Positions 10,601-22,600 of a stretch of DNA of 53,727 nt are shown piece by piece (the stretch's first letter is position 1; every line of letters begins with the position of its first letter). Origin of the DNA: a virus (taxonomy: Duplodnaviria; Caudoviricetes); the IMG/VR virus record IMGVR_UViG_3300030060_003273, positions 1 to 53,727 of that record; one strand, 5' to 3'. The notes beneath the pieces were generated by a model. It had not been told where the DNA came from. It ran no database searches and saw nothing but the letters and a program-made list of their open reading frames with translations. The position numbers and the translations under genes were made by a program.

Positions 10601-13600
10601 GTATAGGTATGGGTGTTAATTTTTGGGTTGTCAACTGTGATTTAACTGAAGTACCCGCTATGTTCTCCCAATCTGTGTTAGGCATATCTGGACTATTACC
10701 ACTAAACTCACTATGGTCTCTTAGTCTTCTAGATGCAAAGAACCTAGTTGTACCAGCAGGTACATAGTAAGAAGGGTATATTTTAATGTCGCTCGTACTA
10801 GCATCTGCTATAAATTCATCATAGTTAGGTGCTGTAACCACACCCGCAAAGGTAAAAGTAGAATGTGTATAACCCGTATAAGAGCATAATGTAGATTTTC
10901 CAGTCGATGTATCTTCAACTCTAAAGAATCTTCTACCACCTGAGTTTTCAGCAGTATCATTCCATATAGCATTGGCTTCATCTGTTGTAAGAGTAGGGCC
11001 AGTTGCTGCTACAAAGTTAGTGCTACTAAGTCCAGTACCGTATGTTAAATTACCTTTGCTTTCTCTTTTTGTAGAACTATGCCCCATCTTAGTTATATGA
11101 AAATACAAAGCCCTATCGTGTGCTTCATAAGTGGTTATTAACGAAGCATAGTCATTAGTGTGAGAAGAAAAGTTATCAATATTAGAAAATGGAAAATCAG
11201 TAACTGGTGTACCATCAGTCATTGTTTGTGAAATATGCTCCCAGCCTAAATTTTCCCAATTAGGGTAAGCACGTGGTCCTTTCATGTAACCACTAAATGG
11301 TGATGTTATTTTTGTAAAATTAGAATCGGATGTGCTTGTGATACTATTCCAATTAAAGTTCATACCACCACTACCCCAAGTTTCACTTTGGTCAGCCTGT
11401 ATTCTATCAAACCCTGACCTAATGATTATATTACCCGGTATATCATCAGGGTCTGGTAGTTTAATTTTCATATTAGGTGTTAAACCAGTGCCTGCAATAG
11501 AAGGTGAAAGCCCGTCTATTTCTCTATCAGATACATGTCTAAAATCATAAATAATTGTGCCAAATGGCGAACCACCTTCTATTGTATGGGTTTGACCTGT
11601 ATCATCTGTAACTACCATTTCTTGGAATTGTAAATCTTCATTAGGTATAGCCAAAGCATTTCTAACTTCAAATGGATGCTGTTGTGCTACTTGTGGGTGA
11701 GATATTTCTTGTGCTTGTATAATAGGGAACATGGCAGAGTTAGTTGTTTCAAAACTAAATCTACAGTTTCCATATATTGTTTCATGCTCAATGTGTGATA
11801 GTGCCCCAGCAGATGTTGTACGTGCAGTTCTTGGCACCATACCTAATCCACGAGAATTAGCAGAAGGCATATTTAAATTTCCTCCATCCATTCGTTTCCA
11901 AACTATGTGCTCTACATTGAAATTTTGAGCCGCTGACCTATGTTTATAGAAGCCATGTAATCCATAATAAGGCCCGCTAATTTGAGGGCTGTCTGCTTGC
12001 ACTGAATTAAATGCACTAATACAATCTTTTCTTACATCTGCAGAATCTAACTCATGCTTTCTCATACCGGGGACCATGTCAACATCCCAAAATAAATCAC
12101 CAGTTGGGCTTTGACAAGGGGTTGCTAATTCTAAAGTAGCGTTAGTAGCGTTAGCGTGCCAATAATCTTCGTTAGCAGTATCAGGATAAGTAGCACTGTT
12201 CCAAGGTAAAGTTTGAGAAGTATGTATTAAGGCTTCTACATTAGGTCCTCCTGTTGCAGGGCCAACATAACGGGATTTGTTAAACACCTTTGTGGTGTCT
12301 ACTAAAGTAGTACCAGCACTCGCTAAGTGGTTATTAGTTGATTGAGAAACAGGATGCGAAAACTGAGGGTTATTAGGGTATAAAGCATGACCTGTACCTG
12401 ATGTGTTAGTTAACCCACTAGGAACAGCCGCCCTAACATATATCCAGTCTCCTGTGCATAAAACCCCATCTCTATCTGCTTTAGCGATAAGTGGTAATTC
12501 ACTTTCATGAGTTACTGCAATTAGATGCCTGCTTGATAAATTCATTGAACAGAAATCATTTAACAAAGCAGAACTAGCATCACTACCACTTGCTGGTAAA
12601 GATGCCCCAAAACAATTGTCAGCAGGTCCATAGGGGCTAAACCCAAGGAAACTATGCCATGCTCCTTTACCTGCTGGATTTTGTAAAACATCATTAGAAT
12701 AGGAATTTAGATAGGAATATGCTTCTCCATGCCAACCTACAGCACCTACTGGTTTAGTTCTGTCAACAGCATCAACTAACCCACTAAAGTGAACTTGAGT
12801 CATATGCAAACGAGTAGTACTGTCGCTACCTCTGTTGTTATATTGATGGGTGCCTGTTTTTGACCAGACATATACCTCATGAGCAGCATCGTTAGAAAAG
12901 GCAGCCATTTCACTATTATCATATGGATTTCTTGGGTCTGTGTCAGCCATCATCGAATGTTTGGCTAAAGTAAATACACCTGTACCAGAATTGTATGTAA
13001 TATAAGGTGCATAGAAAACACCTCCACCATCTTTCTTAACTATCCTTAGCCAGCCATATTCAGGTATAGGTTTAGCACCACTTGCGGCCATGGTGATATA
13101 ACCCGCTGTACTACCACTATGTGCTACATAAGCACAACCAGATAATTTATACCAACCATATTTATCTTGATTGTGACCAGTTTGGAAAGATGGTAAGAAA
13201 GTACCACCAATAGCCTTCAGCGGGTCAGAGCCCGGGTATGTATTGATAGCGGCTGCTACTACAGCGGCTAGTTCCTCTGCGTTTTGACAGCGTGTTGCAT
13301 CAACAATCATATAATCCGAGTACAAAGATGTAGATGCTGTTGCACCATATGCAGTAGCCAACTGAGCAGCGACTCTGAATGAAGTGGCATTGTAATTAGC
13401 CTCATTAGTACTTGCCCCAGAACTATTCATTGCTTTTATCCCAGTTACAGGGTGGTTAGGATTTCTCAGTACGTGGTTATCTAAAAAGTTTCCACCGGGG
13501 TGGTATCCACCGTCCATATACCAACACATACTTGCTAAACGAGTGGTGGATAAACCACTTGCTCCAAAGGCTGTACCTGCTGCATTTTGCACACCATTAG

Positions 13601-16600
13601 AAGTAAAAGTATGAGCATAAGGTGTATTTTTATTACTACCATCAACTACATAATCTGATAAAAATCTACCAGATGTTGCTGCATCGTGTCTATAACCTAC
13701 AGCATTACTACTATGTACACCTGATATTAGATTAGGACTGCCTTGAGCAGGCTCCCAATTCATTACATAGTTCCAACCTTCTAAGTTATTAATTTGGTAA
13801 GTAAAACTATTAGGAAGATATGCCTTTGTACCAGACATTGCATCTCCACCGTTGTGAATAGGATTTGGTAGGAATGTTTCATAACTGCTACCTTGTGAAG
13901 TATGTACGGGTACACTATACAAATTACCAGCCGTTGTTATTCTAGTAGATGGTAATGGTTCTGTAGCAGCCGTGTTGTGTGGTATAGATTGCCCCGGGCC
14001 AAATATCATGTAAGTAGTATGAGTTTGCTCATTAACATCAAAACTACTCGTACCTATACCTTGATTATACCTAGCGTGAGGATGTGCGAACCTAATTATA
14101 ACAGGACTAGGTCTTGTTACTTTTACTCTATCTGCATCAGATGCGTCAGTTCCATATGTTACACCTGTATGTGCTGTAGAACCACTTTGACCTGCGTTTA
14201 AATCAAAAGACAATAAAGCATCTTGGTTAAAGAAAGGAGGTGCAACATCTCCTTTATGTTGGTCTAGATATGCTGTTCCCGGAAACATTGCTAACATAGC
14301 ATTAGCATCAAGTAGTGTAAATGCACCAGAATTCTCACCTATGTTTTGAAGACCTGTGCAACCTGTTGGTCCACTAGAATAAGGGTGTGTGTAGAAATCA
14401 GAATAATCATTGTTAGAGCCGTCATTAATATCCATAACAACTCCAGAGAAACCACCACCAAAGAATAGTGGTACCCAATGGTCAGGGCTGTCTCTAGCCC
14501 CTCTAAAATATAAGAATGGGCTAGACCTTGTGCTACCTGCTCTACGAATGCCATCCACTTTCATACTATTCTTTACAGCACCATATCTTGAAAACACTAT
14601 ATTATCAAGTGAATGAGTAGCATCTAAAGCATTTCTTGTCGTTTCAAAATTAGTAGAATTATCCGTAGATGCAAATTTTAAATTTAAAGCAGCATAATTA
14701 TTACCAGAGGCATCAGTTTTAGATTCCACAATAGTAAAGTCTTCGTCATTTATCCAAGCAGTAACTCTTTCTCCCCAAGATGCAGCCACGTTAGTAGAAC
14801 CCGGTGTTACGAATAAAAAGAAATTTTCAGAACTGACTGTAAGTAAAGAACTAGTCATATTACCATCATCTACATCTATCATGTAATTATTAATTGATGG
14901 TATGATATGGTCACCTTCGTGTCTTCTGTATTTTTCACCTCTTAGATTTTGTTGCCATACTTCCGTGCTCACTACATTATTCTGAGAATTAACTAATACA
15001 GGTGTAGCGGTGTTAGCATTAGAGCCTCTATACTTAGTTGTAATATGTAATACAGTTTCAGGAATATAACCAACATCTAACCTTTTACCATCATCTATTT
15101 CTGTAGTGCTGAGTCCACCTAAATGATTAGCGCCCACCGCTGATGCTTCTGAGGCACCTCCCTGTAGACCCCAATCTTTACCTTTGGTTACATCGAATAA
15201 ATGTCTTAAAGGCATTACTCCTTTAGCGTGGGCTTTTACTCTAATGGCATTTTTACCTACACCCCATTCACCTAATGTCTTACCATCGGCTGCATACATA
15301 TTTCTACAGTCAAAAGATGTGTCTTCCAATCTATCACTGTTAGGGTCATCCATTTTAATAGCGTGCTCAACTGCGGCAGCGATTACTTCATCTGTAAGTA
15401 AACTTGTCCAATTGACCCTTGGGCTTACTAAATAGGTGGCATCACTAATGGTGCCTGCTCTATGAGTTATGTCGTAAAAGAAGTGTTTATTGCTTCCCCC
15501 ACCATCTTTATCATAATGACTTCTAGATGAATACGATACTATTACTCCTGTATTACCACTTGCTGTATTAAGTTCTATTACACCTTCTTCAGGAAAACCA
15601 AGATAACCTAATACATCAGAACTGGATAACTCTCCTCCATTATCATATGGGTCTGCTAATACTAACTCTAGATTATTATTAGTGCTATCATATGTTACAG
15701 CCGCTGATATTCCAACAGCAGGTGAAGGGTAAGTTTGCCATCTGTTACCTTTACGTAATTTTTCTGCACCTGCTGTTACTCTACCACAAGCATCTCCTTT
15801 TCCTACCATGTGCCTTCCAATTGTAAATCCACCTTGGCCTACATCTCTATCATCAAACCAAATTACTATTTCATCATCTATTGTAGGTGGTAATATTTTA
15901 TTACCGTCTCCTATTCTTTGACCATATTCTCTGTATACCATTCTGATAGTGTGTGATTTACCTCTATGGTCTACAAATCTTATACCATAAAATGGGTTAT
16001 TGCCTATATTATATGGTTTTAAATCTTCATTAGGGATATGAGGAGCAACTGTAGTAGTAGTAATTAGAGCATTTGTAACACCCGCTACTTCTCCATATAC
16101 AGAATTAAACCTAGCAGAACTAGCATCTGCAGGGAATCCCCATTTGGAACAATCAGGTCCCCACCCGGGTATACCCGCTTGTGTCATACCACCAAAATTT
16201 ATTCTTGCTTTGGCTTGAGTGCCTACTCTCAACCCATTAACTAATACAGAGTCTGGATTTTTGGTCTCAAAAGATTCTGACAACACTGTATTTGAGCCTC
16301 TACCAGTCGCTAGTTCAGGTCCCTGTGTAACTAATAATGTACTTGTACCATCATAATCTGAACCTAAATCCATATTGTTACGGAATCCTTCTTCTACTTC
16401 TTCAGGAGGTAACATCTCCTTTAATGTTGTAATAGGGGCAAATGGTCTACCATGTCTGTTAATTGGCATAGGAGCAGGGTGCATATTTTCCCCAGCAATT
16501 TCTCCCGGTTGGCACCAGTAGTTACGCATACGACCACCATGCCCAATTAAAAACTGAGGTTGGTAAGGTGTTTGTGCTTTACTATTGTCTAACCAAGTAC

Positions 16601-19600
16601 AGAAATTTCTACCACTAGCACCGGGTATAGTACTGTGAATAATAATACTAAATCCTTTATTACCATTAGTATCTAAAACAACCCTACCTAAATGTGCTCT
16701 AACATAACCCATGTGTGTGCCCCTATCATGGCTAGTAAATGCTGAAGAATCATCCCAGAAAGGAGCAGGGTCATGAGTGGAACCACTTGCAGAAAAATCT
16801 GCGTTTTGATGAGGTGCAGTTGGGTCTTTCAATCGGTTTGTACTATCTCCCTTTACCCCTACAGAAGTAAGGTCAAATCTTTCACTTTCTCCTAAATATT
16901 GGTCAGCAGGTCTTCTTGCATGACTTTGTCCATTTTTAGCACCCGCTTGATTAATTAACCTAACAACTTCATTAGCCGCTGCTTCTATATCAGTAACACC
17001 TTCTTTAACACCAACCTCTCCTAAATCTACAGATAGTCTACGTACAAAATCCATATCTGTCCAGTGCTTTAAGTATTGTAATCTAGATTCTTTATGATTT
17101 GTTAAAGATAATTTTGAGTTCCTGATACCCTTTAATGCTAAGAAAGCAGGTATTACCCTTGTACCGTCAGGTGTATCAAAGAAAGTGGATTGCTCTCTAT
17201 AACTACTATTGCTTGCATTTACTTGTAAATGCTTTTCATAAGCATATGTACCACTAATAACAGCATCATTTGTACGAGGTGTAATACCGTTAGAGCCTAT
17301 ATCAGGGTTATGACCATGATTTACATTACCTGTAGGGAAAGCAGAACCTCTGTTAGTTGTATCAAATGCATGAGCATAAGTAGATTCTATAAATTCTGAC
17401 CTTTGTGAGGCACTAGTAAAGTGTTTATTCTGACTTGCATATCCGGGAGGAACATCTAATAGGCTTACGGCTGCATTTGCTTCATCAGATGTATTGGCAA
17501 ATACTCCGCCTACATTAGGGCCTGTAGCACTACCTATTTTTACAGCATCAGGGGAAGATTGTACTTGCATCCATATATCTTGGAAAGCAATAAATTCTCT
17601 ATCATGCGCTACATCGTAGAGTAGTACACGTGTAAACTCCTCTGTACATTGATAAGGGTCGATAAATGCAACCATGGGTCTATCTCTGTTTGCACTAGTA
17701 TTCTGTACGTCAGATGCTATACACAATTTATGTAATTCAATACTTTTGTTTACATGTTGTGCAAAGTTTTTAGCAGTTTCTATACAAGTATTACCAATTA
17801 AAAAGTTTTCTAAAGGCACACTATCTCTAGGGTTACTATTTGTAGAGGCTTTACCACCATTAAATTCAGTATGTACTATGTTTTCATTAAGCACACCTCT
17901 ACTTTTACAAAAGTAACCTTCAATTGCATGTGGATTAGTATAATGCATATTCATCCATACAGTATCACCGTGCCTTAATCCACCGGGAGCATAAGGGTTA
18001 GCCCATGCTAAATTAATAATACCTAAATGACCATTGTCCCAAGGCTCATTTAATGATATAGGTTCAGCATTACTGCTTAATGCAGTTCTGCTATAAAAGT
18101 CCCAAGCAATTATTTCAGTTCCTACAGCAGGTGGGGCGGATGCCCAATCACCTGTATTAGATAGAGCAATAGTATTACCTGACCTTGTTGCATAATAAGC
18201 GTATTTAGCAGTACCTGATTCATCAACCCAAGCCAACCTTATTTCATAAGTGTTAGTTGTACCAGCCAATGGGAAATTAGATGCATCCTCTAATACTAAA
18301 TCACTACCTGCAAATGATACAACCTTTGTCTTAGCCAAACCTGATTTTATTCTGTCAAGATGAGGGTTAGTGGTAGGACCTGCTCTAAACTCTACAGCGG
18401 ATGCATATTGTTTCATACCATAATCTACATTGCCACCTTGTGTCATCATGTTAGCCCTGTCAAAATAATAAGGTCTTCTTCCTTCATAACCTACACTAGA
18501 TAGTAATGGGTTATCTGCTATTGTTTCGTAGTTAGAATCTTGTATTCCCGGGGCAGGTGTAAGCATAGCACCTACTTCTAAATCTCTTAGGAAGTTTTTA
18601 GAAAATACATTTGTGGCATAATTATCTCCACCTGTACCACCCCATATTTGTAGATAATGATTTGAAGTATCTACACTTTCATACAGCACCCATTCTCCAT
18701 TAGGTAGATAGGCCCTTCTTGGTCTTATACTACCTGATATACCTGCAACAGCGGCAGCACTAGTTTGAGGATTAGGGAATACCTTAGCATTTTCTAAAAA
18801 CACTCTACGGTCAGCCGTATCATAAGGTTTTACAATTTTAGTACCAGAACGGTGAGCATTTGTATTAATTGCATAAGAATATGCACTATTTACTTCAGGG
18901 TCCTGTGGTAGAATTGCATCTGCTCGTCTACCTACAGGATTGGGTGCCCAACTGTGCGCTGTATATGTAGCATCAACATGTAATCTCATACTGTTATCAG
19001 GGCCCGGGAATATACCACGTTCTATATCATCAAAGAAAAACTCCTCAAATAGTGGTATTTCTACCATAGCCCGAGTGCTTGCATATTGTGTACCTAACTG
19101 ATAATCATGCTGTACACTACTCACAGATTGAAATAACCTATCATTAACTGTTGTACCATCTGCACATATATTATCAGGGTTGAATTTATCATCTAATTGT
19201 AATATAGCACCTGACGTAAAACCAGTTGCTGAAACCCAAGCCGCAAAACTATCTGCTTCTGTCCCATCTGCAAGAATATAATCTCCTTTACCAAGATGAC
19301 CTGTGCCCGCTACTAATGTAAACACATTACCTGTTCTAGAAGTATAAGATACTGATGCAAATTTAGGAGGAGATTCTGTAATTGATATGTCAGAACTTGT
19401 TAATCTATTTGTATCTCTAACTGGTAAATACAATCTACCTACTGTGGGAAAACCATACGCTCCCCAAGATGCAAGCGCATCTGAATTATTGTTAAGAGGA
19501 TTTACTGTAATGCTAGAAGGGCTTCCTGTGGTATGACTTACAACTTTAGTTGAATTATCTCTACGTGTATTCCAACCTAATCTTGATAGTGCAGATGGGT

Positions 19601-22600
19601 CCCAAGTATCTTTGGTGTTTAGTGCACCTTGCCCGGGGCCTCCTAATGTAACAGTTACAACAGGCGCTCCCGGCATAATCTCTTTTACAATATGAGAATC
19701 TGGTGAGCCAGATGCCTCTAAATCAATAGAGGTGCCTGCAATGTCACTATTTACTCCATGGCAAACCATAGTAACATTAGAGTTATTATCACTTCCAAAA
19801 GACAATAATCTACCTTTAGACATTAAATAATGAATATTGAACTTGTCATCTACTTTTAATTTACTTAACTGAGAGTGTTTAGTTTTATCAGATGGTTGAA
19901 CAAATATTTTATAACCACCACTATTACTTACTGAATCAATAATATCAAACCCACCATGTGTTCCTCCACGCCCACCTGTAGAAGGGGGTGGTGGCCTCCA
20001 AGGTGGTTGGTTGTAAATTTCCTCTTTTGCTAAAACTTCTTTTAAAATACCACTGCTAAATGTTATTAAAGTGTGAGTAACAGCAGATATAGTCCCTAAT
20101 TCTGTTCCTCTACTATTGAATGCTTTACCACCAACTGCGAAGTGAGATACAGCGCTTTCTCCATATACAGGTATTTCTGTGTCGCCTAGCGCTACACTTC
20201 TACAACGGAAAGAATCTACATATACACCTGTAGAGTAATCAAGGTCTGGTTTTTCTCCTATTTTTATACCATCAAATCCTAATGTTCTCTCAGAATCACT
20301 AGAAGATTGCCCTATTGTCAATTGATTAAATACAGAATTGTGGGTAGTATTGTTTACATTTGCAGTTGTAACACCTGTTGGGTTAAGTTGACCTATGTCT
20401 CCAGAATGTGATGGGAAGTAATTAGCAGGCGTTTGGCTAGTATCTACTGAATCTTGCCCATTATTTTCATAATCTACTCCTCCTGTATCATCACCATTAA
20501 AATCTCCAGAGTCTAAACTAAATTCAGAAGTAGACTGAAATTCTATTATACCACCGGGTGCGTGTAGCCTAGTAATTTTATCTGAAGAATTTAAATCACT
20601 GTGCACTATATCTATAATTTGACTTCCTGAAGACAAAACCGTACTAACATCAGGTAATGTTTTTTCAACTAATAATACACCACCATTTAATTTTCTTTTA
20701 ACAATATTACCAGTTACGGCTAGTGTCTTAAATGCAGAGTTAAAGTCTGCTGATGCAAAAGAGCCACCGGGTAAAGAAAAGGTCAACCGATTATCTGAGT
20801 GGCTAATAGTAGCAATTACCGCTGAACCTACATCAAATACAGCGGGCTCATCATTAATTACTAATTCAGTTGCAGGTATAGTAGAACCATCTTTACCAAA
20901 TGGTTTGACATTGGTGCAAGTAACATATACATTAGTACTTATATCTGCGCTAATTTTATCACTAGCAGCGTATTTTACAGTCTCACCTGTCATGTCGATA
21001 GCGTTGTAATGTACTTCTATGAAAGGAGCATACCCTTCGTCTGTTAAACTAGGAACTTCTAATAACGCTATTCTTGACTCTGAAACAGGAGTTAAGTGTT
21101 TAATATAAGTTTTAGAATTTATATCATTAGATATATTTGTTAAGTTATGACCATTTAAAGATTTTAATATAAATGGTAAAGGGTCAAATTGGATAGAGGT
21201 GCTATTATCTTTAATACCTACTCCACCTATTGCTAATAGACTTCTAGAACTAGTTTGCAAACCAGCCATACCGTTTTCAATAGCCATAAATGCATCAGAA
21301 CTAGAAACCACAGATGTCACACTTTGTGAAGGCTTTGTATCATAAAGAGATATTTGGGAGTTCATTGCTACTTGGTCTCTTACAGTAGAGTAATGGTCTG
21401 GGAATTGTACTTCAAATACATCAGATATACCATCTACTTTTTGAGTTATAGATTCATTTACAGGGTTAGGTAATATACCCATGTAAGGATTGCTTTTTAC
21501 ATGGTTTAGGTAGTGTCTACCTGTATGACCAATTAGTAACTTTTTATCAACTACTGGTGTCAATGAATCTGATATACCTGTAACTACAGCATTATATTGA
21601 TTATTGTTATTTATAGTTTCACTTAATCTACCTATGGTTTCTCTAACTGCCATATCTAAAGATGTAACTATACCGTGGTTTTCATATATACTTTCATCAA
21701 TTATAACCTGACCTGCTCTGTAAGCAAACTGTGTAGCCGTCCCTGATGGTTGATGGGGCTCACCCATACCGTTGTCAATTAAACAATCTCCCATAATTAA
21801 AACTGCTTCAGATGTAGATGTACGGGTATGAATTAAACCTCTTCTTCCTGTAGAAGTACTAGCCACATAATCAAGGTGTATACTCTCAATGATGATAGTG
21901 CCCGCACTACTATCTATACTTTTAATTCTAACTCTTTCAGGTGGTAAATTATTGGGTTTACCTGTTGTGCGGTCATACCCTAAAGGGTTGATAAGTAAAT
22001 TATAAGGGACATGGGGTATACTAACAGTAGAAGTAGCCCCGTCTGTATATCTAGCCGCTTTATAAGAACCATTAGAATGGGGTGATGCAGTTAAGTCTAA
22101 ACTTGTAGTACTAGTAGATGTATCTCCTAATATAGTTTTTATTAAATCTGCTGCGGCTGTTGCACCTATGTTAATAGTTGAAGCGGAATTACTTGCACTT
22201 ACAGTAGGTATAGTTATAATAGTTTCAACAGGTGATACAGGCTCTTGAAATCTCCAAAGACCTAGAGTAGAATCACTCTTAACAGGTGCATGAGGCTCTG
22301 ATGCTATATCAGATGCCCCTTTAGACCAATGTATAGATTCAATAATACCTCTGAACTCACCACCTCTACCTCCTAAAAATATACGACCATCATTTAAAAC
22401 CAATTTGTGTATCTCTGTAAAATCATGGGCTACTGCTATTTCTCCATTTACATATATAACTAAATTTTTACCGTTAAAGGTAACTACTACCTGTAATAGT
22501 TCTCTATGACCCAGTGTAAATGCTGATACATTATTCTTATTAGTGTTGTAAGCATCAAATGAATTTACAGCATCTAAAGAAGTATGAGGATATATTAAAC